Below, in pieces: positions 32,411 through 43,585 of a DNA stretch of 64,000 nt. The stretch comes from Flectonema sp. DT1601 (lineage: Eukaryota). A program made the translations under genes and the position numbers. Each line of letters begins with the position of its first letter. Positions within the stretch are counted from its first letter, which is position 1. Location of the stretch: positions 496,001 through 560,000 of the forward strand of contig OZ025787.1 of the NCBI GenBank assembly GCA_964019425.1, in the 5' to 3' direction. The notes below the pieces were generated by a model, which was not told the DNA's origin, made no database searches, and was given only the letters and a program-made list of their open reading frames with translations.

Positions 32411-35400
32411 ATGTGTTCTCGCATGATATTATTTGCGTCGTTGATTGCCGTTTGTCTTTGTTCTGAAGATATGAATCCTGGTGATTCACGTAGTATGACT
32501 GACATGAATCATGGTGATCGTGACGGTGAAAAAATTGAAAAACGTGACAGCGAGAAACGTGAAGAACGTCTCGGCGAGAAGCGTGATGGAGAAAACCGTG
32601 ACGGTGAGAAACGTGAAGAACGTCTTGGCGAGAAGCGTGATGGAGAAGAACGTGACGGTGAGAAACGTGAAGAACGTCTTGGCGAGAAGCGTGATGGAGA
32701 AGAACGTGAAGGTGAGAAACGTGAAGAACGTCTTGGCGAGAAGCGTGATGGTGAAGAACGTGACGGTGAGAAACGTGAAGAACGTCTCGGCGAGAAGCGT
32801 GATGGAGAAGAACGTGAAGGTGAGAAACGTGAAGAACGTCTTGGCGAGAAGCGTGATGGTGAAGAACGTGAAGGTGAGAAACGTGAAGAACGTCTTGGCG
32901 AGAAGCGTGATGGTGAAGAACGTGACGGTGAGAAACGCGAAGAACGTGATGGTGAGAAACGCGAAGAACGTCTTGGCGAGAAGCGTGATGGAGAAGAACG
33001 TGACGGTGAGAAACGTGAAGAACGTCTCGGCGAGAAGCGTGATGGAGAAGAACGTGAAGGTGAGAAACGTGAAGAACGTCTTGGCGAGAAGCGTGATGGT
33101 GAAGAACGTGAAGGTGAGAAACGTGAAGAACGTCTTGGCGAGAAGCGTGATGGAGAAGAACGTGAAGGTGAGAAACGTGAAGAACGTCTTGGCGAGAAGC
33201 GTGATGGTGAAGAACGTGACGGTGAGAAACGCGAAGAACGTGATGGTGAGAAACGCGAAGAACGTCTCGGCGAGAAGCGTGATGTAGAAAACCGTGATGA
33301 AGAAGAACGTGATGGTGAGAAACGTGAAGAACGTCTTGGCGAGAAGCGTGACGAAGAAAACCGTGACGGTGAGAAACGTGAAGAACGTCTCGGCGAGAAG
33401 CGTGATGGAGAAGAACGTGAAGGTGAGAAACGTGAAGAACGTCTTGGCGAGAAGCGTGATGGAGAAGAACGTGAAGGTGAGAAACGTGAAGAACGTCTTG
33501 GCGAGAAGCGTGATGGTGAAGAACGTGACGGTGAGAAACGCGAAGAACGTGATGGTGAGAAACGTGAAGAACGTCTTGGCGAGAAGCGTGATGGTGAAGA
33601 ACGTGACGGTGAGAAACGTGAAGAACGTCTTGGCGAGAAGCGTGATGGTGAAGAACGTGACGGTGAGAAACGCGAAGAACGTGATGGTGAGAAACGCGAA
33701 GAACGTCTCGGCGAGAAGCGTGACGAAGAAAACCGTGACGGTGAGAAACGTGAAGAACGTCTTGGCGAGAAGCGTGACGAAGAAAACCGTGACGGTGAGA
33801 AACGTGAAGAACGTCTCGGCGAGAAGCGTGATGGAGAAGAACGTGAAGGTGAGAAACGTGAAGAACGTCTTGGCGAGAAGCGTGATGGTGAAGAACGTGA
33901 CGGTGAGAAACGCGAAGAACGTCTTGGCGAGAAGCGTGATGGAGAAGAACGTGAAGGTGAGAAACGTGATGGTGAAGACCGTGACGGTGAGAAACGTGAA
34001 GAACGTCTTGGCGAGAAGCGTGACGAAGAAAACCGTGACGGTGAGAAACGTGAAGAACGTCTCGGCGAGAAGCGTGATGGAGAAGAACGTGAAGGTGAGA
34101 AACGTGAAGAACGTCTTGGCGAGAAGCGTGATGGTGAAGAACGTGACGGTGAGAAACGCGAAGAACGTCTTGGCGAGAAGCGTGATGGTGAAGAACGTGA
34201 TGGTGAGAAACGCGAAGAACGTCTCGGCGAGAAGCGTGATGTAGAAAACCGTGATGGTGATAAACGTGAAGAACGTCTTGGCGAGAAGCGTGATGGAGAA
34301 GAACGTGACGGTGAGAAACGCGAGGAACGTCTTGGCGAGAAGCGTGATGGAGAAGAACGTGACGGTGAGAAACGTGATGGTGAAGACCGTGACGGTGAGA
34401 AACGCGAAGAACGTCTTGGCGAGAAGCGTGATGGAGAAGAACGTGAAGGTGAGAAACGTGAAGAACGTCTTGGCGAGAAGCGTGATGGAGAAGAACGTGA
34501 CGGTGAGAAACGTGAAGAACGTCTCGGCGAGAAGCGTGATGGAGAAGAACGTGACGGTGAAAAACGCGAAGAACGTCTTGGCGAGAAGCGTGATGGAGTA
34601 GAACGTGACGGTGAGAAACGTGATGGTGAAGACCGTGACGGTGACAAGCCTGAAGAACGTGACGGTGAGAAACGTGAAGAACGTCTTGGCGAGAAGCGTG
34701 ATGGAGAGGAACGTGAAGGTGAGAAACGTGAAGAACGTCTTGGCGAGAAGCGTGATGGAGAAGAACGTGACGGTGAGAAACGTGAAGAACGTCTTGGCGA
34801 GAAGCGTGATGGAGAAGAACGTGACGGTGAGAAACGTGAAGAACGTCTCGGCGAGAAGCGTGATGGAGAAGAACGTGACGGTGAAAAACGCGAAGAACGT
34901 CTTGGCGAGAAGCGTGATGGAGTAGAACGTGACGGTGAGAAACGTGATGGTGAAGACCGTGACGGTGACAAGCCTGAAGAACGTGACGGTGAGAAACGTG
35001 AAGAACGTCTTGGCGAGAAGCGTGATGGAGAGGAACGTGACGGTGAGAAGCCTGAAGAACGTGACGGTGAGAAACGTGAAGAACGTCTAGGAGAGAAGCG
35101 TGATGGTGAAGACCGTGACGGTGACAAGCCTGAAGAACGTGACGGTGAGAAACGTGAAGAACGTCTTGGCGAGAAGCGTGATGGAGAGGAACGTGACGGT
35201 GAGAAGCCTGAAGAACGTGACGGTGAGAAACGTGAAGAACGTCTAGGAGAGAAGCGTGATGGTGAAGACCGTGACGGTGACGAGCCTGAAGAACGTGACG
35301 GTGAGAAACGTGAAGAACGTCTTGGCGAGAAGCGTGATGGAGAGGAACGTGACGGTGAGAAGCCTGAAGAACGTGACGGTGAGAAACGTGAAGAACGTCT

Positions 35401-36409
35401 AGGAGAGAAACGTGATGGTGAAGACCGTGACGGTGAGAAGCCTGAAGACCGTGACGGTGAGAAACGTGATGGTGAAGAGCCTGAAGAACGTGACGGTGAG
35501 AACCGTGATGGAAAAAACCGTGACGGCGAAAAACGTGGTAGTGAAGACCGTGATGTAGAAAAACATGATGGTGAGAAACGTGAAGAACGTGACGGCGATA
35601 ATCGTGATGGTGAAAACCGTAATGGTGAGAAACGTGAAGAACGTGACGGTGACAAACGCGAAGAAGGAGAGGAACATGATGGTGAGAATCGTGATGTAGA
35701 AAAAGGAGAAAAACGTGAAGATGGAGATTACGAAGAAAGTAACGAAGGTAAGTATGAACTCTCCAGAAAGTCTTTGCGTACCGTCCTTAAAGTACAGAAG
35801 TCACCATCTCAGATAGCATTCGGTCAATTGAGAGACGCTGTTTTGAAGTCAGCCAACAAGAACGGTGTTGTCGTGAAAGATGTTGCAATTCTGTTTGCTT
35901 GTCCGAATTCCGCATGTGTTTCCCTTGTGTGCCCTGATACGGTTGAGTTAAGAGCTGCTGTTGGATGTGTGGAGGGGAGCGAAAGAGATGTTTCTATTAG
36001 TGAGTCAGGTTCATCAATTGTTGAATACCATTTGACGATGGAGAAGGGAGCGAGTTTCAGCAACGCTGTTGAGAATATTGAATCTGACGTCTCGGCAGTC
36101 GGTGACTCTTCGAACAATTCCAATGTATTCACAGGAACGAATGTTGTGGCTGCCAGTTCTCTTGTTGAAGTAGATCACGACGATGATGGTGATGATGACG
36201 ACAAGAACAACGTGTTGGTTATTATTGGAAGCATTTGCCTTGTGCTGCTCACTTGTGTTGTGATCGCTGTTATATACGGCTGTTGCTTCAGAAAGAAAAA
36301 ATACGAAAAGAGTGACATCGAATCACCAATGTCTTCAGGTAAAGCATTTGAATTAAAAGACGCTGAGATAGAAGAAGTCATCTTTGAGTCTCGAGAATCC
36401 AGAATCTGA
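32411..36409 (+). CDS. Charged-repeat type I membrane protein, paralog 3 (1332 aa)
   Basis: Same termini as paralogs 1 and 2. Confidence 0.9.
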   Translation: MCSRMILFASLIAVCLCSEDMNPGDSRSMTDMNHGDRDGEKIEKRDSEKREERLGEKRDGENRDGEKREERLGEKRDGEERDGEKREERLGEKRDGEEREGEKREERLGEKRDGEERDGEKREERLGEKRDGEEREGEKREERLGEKRDGEEREGEKREERLGEKRDGEERDGEKREERDGEKREERLGEKRDGEERDGEKREERLGEKRDGEEREGEKREERLGEKRDGEEREGEKREERLGEKRDGEEREGEKREERLGEKRDGEERDGEKREERDGEKREERLGEKRDVENRDEEERDGEKREERLGEKRDEENRDGEKREERLGEKRDGEEREGEKREERLGEKRDGEEREGEKREERLGEKRDGEERDGEKREERDGEKREERLGEKRDGEERDGEKREERLGEKRDGEERDGEKREERDGEKREERLGEKRDEENRDGEKREERLGEKRDEENRDGEKREERLGEKRDGEEREGEKREERLGEKRDGEERDGEKREERLGEKRDGEEREGEKRDGEDRDGEKREERLGEKRDEENRDGEKREERLGEKRDGEEREGEKREERLGEKRDGEERDGEKREERLGEKRDGEERDGEKREERLGEKRDVENRDGDKREERLGEKRDGEERDGEKREERLGEKRDGEERDGEKRDGEDRDGEKREERLGEKRDGEEREGEKREERLGEKRDGEERDGEKREERLGEKRDGEERDGEKREERLGEKRDGVERDGEKRDGEDRDGDKPEERDGEKREERLGEKRDGEEREGEKREERLGEKRDGEERDGEKREERLGEKRDGEERDGEKREERLGEKRDGEERDGEKREERLGEKRDGVERDGEKRDGEDRDGDKPEERDGEKREERLGEKRDGEERDGEKPEERDGEKREERLGEKRDGEDRDGDKPEERDGEKREERLGEKRDGEERDGEKPEERDGEKREERLGEKRDGEDRDGDEPEERDGEKREERLGEKRDGEERDGEKPEERDGEKREERLGEKRDGEDRDGEKPEDRDGEKRDGEEPEERDGENRDGKNRDGEKRGSEDRDVEKHDGEKREERDGDNRDGENRNGEKREERDGDKREEGEEHDGENRDVEKGEKREDGDYEESNEGKYELSRKSLRTVLKVQKSPSQIAFGQLRDAVLKSANKNGVVVKDVAILFACPNSACVSLVCPDTVELRAAVGCVEGSERDVSISESGSSIVEYHLTMEKGASFSNAVENIESDVSAVGDSSNNSNVFTGTNVVAASSLVEVDHDDDGDDDDKNNVLVIIGSICLVLLTCVVIAVIYGCCFRKKKYEKSDIESPMSSGKAFELKDAEIEEVIFESRESRI

Positions 36410-37389
36410 AAAGGATTGATAGTGACATTTTCTTTAATTAGATGATGTTAGTTCTATACAGTTTGTTCCTTGGTAAGATTACAAGAGTATATTTTTATTT
36501 GTTTCCATCTAATTAATTTGTCTATCTACTTTGCACATTGCTATTTGAAAAATATCTGTCTGCCGTTTTCGAATGCTTTGTAGATTTCGACTTTTGAAGT
36601 TTCTTTTTTTTCTTTTTTATTTCGAGAATCACGAATTTAATTGAATTTAATCTTTTTGCAACCATCGCAAAGAGAAATGTGAATCAAACTCATATTTCGG
36701 CAAGTTAATTTTAACTTGTTGTTTCTAACATTTTATAAGAACCTCATTAATTGAGTTCTTATTGTAGAGGAAATTAAGCCACCGTTTTCTTTGGCATGTT
36801 ATCTCCCAACTTATTGAATAATATTTCCTCTCTTTTGTTTAACTAGGTCACAGGCCAAGTTTATTGATTTATATTATCCTCTCTTTTCTATTTCTGATGT
36901 CTTGACATTCGAATTCTCTTATTGAATTGAATTTCATTGCGACGAGCTCTTCTGGTTGTTGGTCTTCCACAACTAAATTGTTAATCCTCGAAAGTAAATT
37001 ATAATTCTTCAGTACATTATTTATATTTCAACTTACAGGAAACTTTCAACACAAGCTCAGCTGATGTGAAATCTTCGCTTATTTATTGTTTGAATTGATT
37101 TCACGACATGAAATAGAGAGCCTTCGGATAATTACTTTCTTTCTTAAAAAACCCCTAAGTAAAGAAATAAACAGAAACTGTAATTCAACATTAGTGGGTC
37201 ATTATAATAATTTAGTTATTGTGTTTGTAAATATCATTTTATATCAGTCAAAATTTTATTTCCTTACCAAAAAACACTGTTTTCCCCCCCGCTGTATTTT
37301 TGGTGATACTATAAGATTTTCTCTCGATTTTTTTTAGATTTTATTTATTTCTTTCCTGCCATCAATTTGTCAAAAACGATCACATGCAG

Positions 37390-38330
37390 CATGGAGCCTA
37401 AGAAGAAATTAACAGTTGGCACGCAGACAGGGCCGTGCAGTCTTTGTTGAAGAACAAAAGAGGAGGACGAAAGGAGAACTACTAAAGAAGAAGATGAAAT
37501 CTGGGAGACCAACCATCTAAACTACTGATGAGGAAGTAAGGGTAATCGAGAATATCCGTGACTATGGTGGCTGTGTTTGCATCGATGGTTTCAAGCACAC
37601 GGAGGATAGTGCTTTCAAGTGATGACCACTGCGAAAGTAGCGCCTTAGCTCGGAGCGCATCTCTAGTGCTCGAGTCCGTGGTGCAATTCCTGACAGTATG
37701 GTAATAAACTTTGACCACACTCAGTGTCTGATGCTTCCGTCTTCCATCCAGCAAGCGGATCTTCGATGTCAACCGTTCACGAGGGAATAGCAGTTGGGTC
37801 AACTCCACAAGATCGTGTCTCAATACCGAAATGAGGTGCTGTTAACGGGTACTCTGAAGGGGTGGGCGAACGAATCAAGAACCATCGAGTACGTTGAGAA
37901 AACAATAATCCCATACTTCACTTAGAAACGCCAAGCCGAGCTGAGGCAATCAGATCACCCTGGCTCTCAGTATATGACCAGTTAGGGGAAGGATAACTGA
38001 GGAGGTCCTTCGTCGCTTTGAAGAAGCAAATATCGGTGTATTGGTGCCAGACGGGTGGACTTCCCATTTCCAGCCACTGCATCTAACTGTCATCAGCACT
38101 TCAAAAGAAGCATCAAGCTTTCCTTTGGACGGTGACTGACAGAGCAGATGCGTAAGCGGGAGGAAGAGTTGAAAAAAATAAAAGCAAAAAAGCTGATGGA
38201 AAAGCTTTAAAGTGCGCTGATCCAAAAGGATGCTTGTGTATCTGGACGCAACCTCTATAGTTATCAAGCACCACCAGGTTGGTATGCGGAGGTGCACTTC
38301 TGTAAACGTGGCAACGATCATTTCGATTCT
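37390..38330 (+). pseudogene. Decayed pogo/Tigger-like DDE transposase
   Basis: Hand translation gives GWANESRTIEYVEKTIIPYFT* (about 37860) and VLVPDGWTSHFQPLHLTV (about 38040), matching DDE_1 motifs (W-x-N...IIPY; P-x-x-x-TS-x-x-QPLD), with stops and frameshifts. Limits approximate. Confidence 0.7.
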
Positions 38331-38613
38331 GGACCGAGATTAATCCTAACAGCCTGCCTTGGTACAAGATAGAACTGTAGCCAGTTCGGATGTCTATAAT
38401 GTTGAATCAGAAAGTTAAAAAAAAAAGAAAAAGTTTTTTTTTCCAAATTCCGAATTTTGCTATGTATATGAGTGTTTCTCTACTAAAAAAAACATAGTGT
38501 CCCTTAATGATGGTCATTTTTTGGAGATTTGGAGACTTTTTATACACCATGTTGTTCATAACTACAGTATTTAAATTATTTTATAATTTAAATTAATTAA
38601 ATTAGTATCAAGT

Positions 38614-39525
38614 AATGGTTGGCGGCGTTTCTTTGGCTCTCGATTTGAGAGTTCACTAGCGGCTTCTGGATTGTGAAGTGGGGTGGAGTGGAGTTCTGTT
38701 ATGGAAAGTGACGTCGATATAGCAGAATTGAAGTTTGAAACCTCAAAGTCCCGTTACAGAATGAGTATCGAACATTGATCAAGAGAACGGTCGACGCTGA
38801 TTGCCACGGGAGGTACGCATCGAGAAGTTGAACTTTCGGCAAAAGGATATGCTGTGCTATGGTATAAATACCTAACAAGTGATGAAAAAATTCAGCTCAG
38901 TTTGGGAATGCTGAGCTAATTGGCAGGTATCCCTCTGCTAAGGCTAAATATCTCCCGGAGACCGATAGCGAACAAGTACAGTGATGGAAAGATGCAAAGA
39001 ACTTTGAAAGGAGGGTTAAAGAGTCTCTGAAACCAGTGAGTGGTAAGAGTACGAGTTCCTCATGATTCTCCTCATCCGTATAGAACGAATGTGAACGAGG
39101 GTAAAGTTCTGTATTGGTGTGCTACTAGAATCTTCTATCCAACTGTTGTTTTCATGGAAAACCCAAGCAAGGGTGATAGCAGCAGAAAGTTACAAGACGT
39201 TGGAACTTATAGCAAACCTCTTAAGCAAAAACGAATATATTTCAGACAGAAGATGAATAAAAGAACTGCTAACATTGAAGAGGTCGAGTGGCAGCCTAAT
39301 CTAAACTGTTGGTCTTCACTCTTATTGAAAAGATACATATTTCACCATATTATTGATTGGAGTCAACAATTATGCGACAGCGCCACCGACGAAGCAAACC
39401 AGTTCAAATGATGTTACATCAGAAGACATCGACATCAAGGAAGTAACATACAACAACTACGCAGCGACGTGGGTGTCCGAGACGACGCAGAATACGAACG
39501 AAACTTATCTACGAAGCTTCGAGTG
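38614..39525 (+). pseudogene. Decayed relative of the 17166-17807 ORF, interrupted by other sequence
   Basis: AGTAATGGTTGGCGGCGTTTCTTTGGCTC matches 17162-17190. Later short collinear matches (TTACAGAATGAG, GACATC..AAGG, AAGCTTC.GAGT) are weak, so the 3' limit is uncertain. Confidence 0.45.
38894..39047 (+). rRNA. Isolated LSU (28S) rRNA fragment from the 5' domain; pseudogene fragment
   Basis: GTTTGGGAATGC...CTAAGGCTAAATA...GAGACCGATAGCGAACAAGTAC.GTGA.GGAAAGATG.AAAGAACTTTGAAA matches the conserved eukaryotic LSU segment between D1 and D2. No flanking rDNA recognised. Confidence 0.88.
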
Positions 39526-40018
39526 ATAATACATTTCACTACGTTGCTTTGATTAAATCTAAAGAAAAAAACGAATCAGCCTTGAAAAAGAAATATGTCG
39601 AGTTAACATAATATTACCTGTGTGGATCGTGGATCCAGAACTCTCTTCATTTTCCCCTCAGCTGTTCCCTCGTACATGAAACTGATTGCCAATACTTCCT
39701 TGGATTCGCACTCATTCTGTTTTCGAAATAGTATGATAAGTCATTAGTGCGCACAAACAAAGCCAACCTAAATCTTTTTTTTTAAAATTTGTATCTACAC
39801 TTTTGTATGGAGGGATATATAATTGACTCGATAGTTAACTTTTCTCTAGTTACGTCGCTGAAACTAAACCAAACCAACATCTTACTTTTAGGTCTAAAGG
39901 TTGGCTTTTAGGTTGAAAGAAGCGTTTTTTTTTTAAATCTTTTTTTATATTCTTTCCGTTTTCGTGCACAAACAAATCATCAGTGTTATATTACTATTTT
40001 CCCGTATAGTTTAGGATA

Positions 40019-40231
40019 AAAAGCCAATTCTTTTTTGCTGCACTAAACAACTCGGTTGTCGGAGGTAAAAAGAATGTTGGCAGTACATAAACGTGCCTTT
40101 AGTTTTTCAGTTACAAAACAAAACTAATTTAATGTTTACTGCAGCTAACGATTTATGTAGTTTTTAAATTAAACCGATTCTTTTTAAAAACCAACCGAGT
40201 TGTTTAGTGCAGCAAAAAAGAATTGGCTTTT
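40019..40231. repeat. Perfect 40-bp inverted repeat, arms 40019-40058 and 40192-40231 (MITE-like)
   Basis: AAAAGCCAATTCTTTTTTGCTGCACTAAACAACTCGGTTG and its reverse complement. Confidence 0.9.
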
Positions 40232-40756
40232 CCATTTTGTAACTGAAAAAAGCAGAAAAAAATATTTAGTTGTAGCATAGAGATTGGAATCTAAACTCAT
40301 TAATAATAATAATAACAATAATAAAAAAAACAATATTTTGTTTACTCTTCTTTTTCTCTCAATTTATGAACCAACATTTGTAGCGGATTTGCATTTTTTT
40401 GCTAACAGTTATATTCAGCACATTGCAAGTTTCCCCTTTTCTACAATTGTTAATGAGTTCTGGGTTACGGACGTTACAGCATATCGACATCACGAGTATC
40501 GTCTCTGATAACTGTTAGTCCTATCCACTAGCCTGAGCAATTCAGAGTATCTAAGTAGTTTTGATTATTATTTATATTTTGTTGTAGTGTTGCAAACATT
40601 TGGTTTAGTTCTTTGGTTATTGCGAGTCCCCAATGTTGGCGGATCTCAATCTGTACCCTTCTTATTCCAGTGTGAAGATGTTGTTAATTTACTTTTCTAT
40701 CGCTTTACGAAATTATTTGCTTTTTTTAATAAAGGGGAATTTAGAAAAAAGAAAAA

Positions 40757-41917
40757 ATGAAAACTGCACTCTGCGCCCTGACCTGCATTGCAGGAGCTGA
40801 AGCTCTGACTAAGGTAAAGTTGGAGAGGGTTTTCGAAATTGGATCTCGCAGTGATAAACCACTGAGTGAAGCAATGCAGAGTGGTGAGGTGTTGAGAATG
40901 GAACACGTTAAGATTGCTACAAAGTACGGAGGAGCAGTGCCAACTATTCCTATCAAGGATTACATGAACGCTCAGTATTATGGACCAGTCAGCATTGGTA
41001 CACCAATGCAAGATTTCACAGCAATCTACGACACTGGTTCATCCAACTTGTGGATGCCTGGTAAGAACTGCACGCGATGCACTCACAAAAGATACGATTC
41101 ATCAAAATCCTCAACTTACGTTGCAAACGGAACTGCTTTCTCAATTTTATACGGATCCGGTGCAGTAAAAGGATTCTGTGATGAAGACTTAGTCACATTT
41201 GGTGGACTAAAATCGGAGAAGCAAATATTCGCCGAAACAACATCAGAGCCAGGCCTCCCTTGGATTGTAGGAAGATTTGATGGTATTTTAGGTTTGGGAT
41301 GGCCTGAGATCTCAGTGAATAAAATCACTCCAGTATTCTTCAACCTTATTAAGCAAAACAAGGTTGACGCTGGGCAGTTCTCATTCTGGCTTGCTGGGAC
41401 TCCGGGGAAGAACGGAGGTGAACTTGCATTAGGTGGAACTGATCCTGACCACTACTCTGGAGACTTTAACTACGTCCCAGTAACAAAGGAAGGATATTGG
41501 CAAATATCTGCGGATTCCGTGTCAATTGGTAACAGCACCCTGAGATCAAACTTTCAAGCTGTTGTTGATTCTGGTACTTCCCTTCTTGCGTTTCGTCTTG
41601 CTGATGCGATTCACATCAACTCTCAGTTAAACTGCACCGATTCTGGAATTGAATGCGTGTTTAAGGTATGCCCTGACTTTAATACCCTCCCAGATCTTAC
41701 CTTCATTCTTGGAGGAAGAGGATACGTCTTGACTGGTAAAGATTACATTCTTCAAATGGAATCTGGTGGTCAGACTCAATGTATCTCTGGGATCATGGGT
41801 ATGCCTGTTCTTCCTGAACACCTTGATGCAATTATTGGTGATGTTTTCATGAGAAAGTTCTACACCACATTTGATGTGACTAACAAGAGAGTTGGATTCG
41901 CGTTGTCTAAAAACTAA
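40757..41917 (+). CDS. Pepsin/cathepsin D-like aspartic protease (A1)
   Basis: Signal peptide, YMNAQYYG, DTGSSNLW, FDGILGLG, DSGTS, IIGDVF. Confidence 0.95.
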   Translation: MKTALCALTCIAGAEALTKVKLERVFEIGSRSDKPLSEAMQSGEVLRMEHVKIATKYGGAVPTIPIKDYMNAQYYGPVSIGTPMQDFTAIYDTGSSNLWMPGKNCTRCTHKRYDSSKSSTYVANGTAFSILYGSGAVKGFCDEDLVTFGGLKSEKQIFAETTSEPGLPWIVGRFDGILGLGWPEISVNKITPVFFNLIKQNKVDAGQFSFWLAGTPGKNGGELALGGTDPDHYSGDFNYVPVTKEGYWQISADSVSIGNSTLRSNFQAVVDSGTSLLAFRLADAIHINSQLNCTDSGIECVFKVCPDFNTLPDLTFILGGRGYVLTGKDYILQMESGGQTQCISGIMGMPVLPEHLDAIIGDVFMRKFYTTFDVTNKRVGFALSKN

Positions 41918-42574
41918 ATAACATTTACGATCGAAATTGAGTTAGACAGGAAATATTTCTTTTTCCTTTGATCATGGCTTTTTCTTTCCTTCTCCACTAC
42001 TAGTAAAGCTGAATGGTTGTCATAAACTGGATTATTCTTTTGTGTACCACAAGCATAAAGATACAGTGAATCCAACCAGAAAGTTAAGAGTGGTATAATT
42101 GTGTTATGCATTTACGTGTCAATTCCTTTGTGTGATAGCCCTCTGATCTTTTTTTCCCCCCTCCTTTCTTTCTTATTGTACTTGATAACAAGAAACGCAA
42201 ACATGTAATTAAACGTTTGTTCAATGAAGCTCGTTGTACACAACGAGGGAATCATGGCAACCACTTAGTTCCGAATAGCAACTTTCTGTTTTTTTCCCCC
42301 CTTTTTTTCTCGTTTTACTGACGTTACACTCATTTCCAATGTGTAGTTCCTGTTATTACAAGTTGAATTGAAGAGTCTTTTTATTATTTCAATATATTGT
42401 ACTCAGGTATTTAGTGTTATTAGCTTCCGTCATCTCAGTTTTTTTTAAACAGATGAAACAACTTCCATGAGCATTGGTGTAAGTGAAACGCTTTGAGTCT
42501 ATTCCTACCAGCTTCTATTTTTATATTGAAATTTCTTTTATCCCCTTCCAGTCATCGAAGGTACGGCAATCCAA

Positions 42575-43585
42575 ATGGATTCTGAGAGCCGGAAATGGAC
42601 GACCCGAATTGTGTACCTTCTGGGAGGCACTCTTTATATTATTGGCTCTCAGGAAGTGTACTATACAGGAGCGGGAAGCATGAAAACATTCTTGCCACCG
42701 CTGCCTTACTTTTTGGGTATGATGTTGGTTGTCATGATACCACCAGCAGGTATCGAACGAGATAAGGGAGGTAGGCAATTATCTGAAGAAAACTATGATG
42801 CGAAATCATCTAAAATGATGCTCAGAATATCGTTATTAGAAAGTACGGCTTACCTTATGACATACTTAGGGATCGCATATGCCGGTTCAACCATATTTAC
42901 TATTATATATGGTTCTATGTCTTTGGTAGTGGCTCTTGTCCGATGGCTTATAACAAGAAGAACAATAACAAGAGGGCAATTCTTAGGCATTTCAATTGCC
43001 ACACTTGGAATTCTTTCAACTGCCGTAGAAGGTTTAAACTCACCTCAGGCACACTCCGTAGAATTGGGGGTTATATTTACCTTGATAGGATGCTTTGCTT
43101 ATGCAACGGAATACGTCTATTTGGAAGAAGCTTTGGGAATGTTTCCCCAGAGACTGGTTCTATACAAGCTTGGTAAGTACTGTTTTAGATTCTTTGCGCT
43201 TTTATTTATAACGATCGGTCTTCCTCATCACCAAGCTTGGATTGAAAATCAAATTGCGGCACATCACGGTAGACCAGAAGTCGTTGTACTGCTGTATACA
43301 CTTTTGGTTCCTTGTTCATTTTTAAAGAACTACGCCTGGATGGGTGTCATTCAGACTGATGGAGCAGTCACGACTGGGCTCATGCAGGGTTGTCGATCAT
43401 GTTTAACTTTTCTTATGTCTTCGTTATTATTTTGTTCACCTGAAAACCCAAATCAATGTTTCACCAACACCAAGGGAATGGCCACTGTTTTAGTTGTTAC
43501 TGGTACCATAGTATACTCGATGAACGTTACTCCAAAAGTTCAGAAATCACCTCCTCCGGTGAGTCTTGAACCATCAATGGTTTGA
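42575..43585 (+). CDS. DMT superfamily / nucleotide-sugar-transporter-like membrane protein
   Basis: About 9-10 hydrophobic segments; GIAYAGSTIFTII pattern typical of SLC35/EamA proteins. Confidence 0.75.
   Translation: MDSESRKWTTRIVYLLGGTLYIIGSQEVYYTGAGSMKTFLPPLPYFLGMMLVVMIPPAGIERDKGGRQLSEENYDAKSSKMMLRISLLESTAYLMTYLGIAYAGSTIFTIIYGSMSLVVALVRWLITRRTITRGQFLGISIATLGILSTAVEGLNSPQAHSVELGVIFTLIGCFAYATEYVYLEEALGMFPQRLVLYKLGKYCFRFFALLFITIGLPHHQAWIENQIAAHHGRPEVVVLLYTLLVPCSFLKNYAWMGVIQTDGAVTTGLMQGCRSCLTFLMSSLLFCSPENPNQCFTNTKGMATVLVVTGTIVYSMNVTPKVQKSPPPVSLEPSMV

Noticed and set aside
19456..35677. Very long antisense and alternate-frame ORFs (SRFSP..., TFF..., VKNV..., HHASR...)
   Set aside because: Shadows of the coding repeat; they end with the array. 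Only the + frame has a signal peptide, TM and unique domains.
38894..39047. Functional rRNA gene
   Set aside because: Only about 150 nt; no other rDNA recognised nearby.
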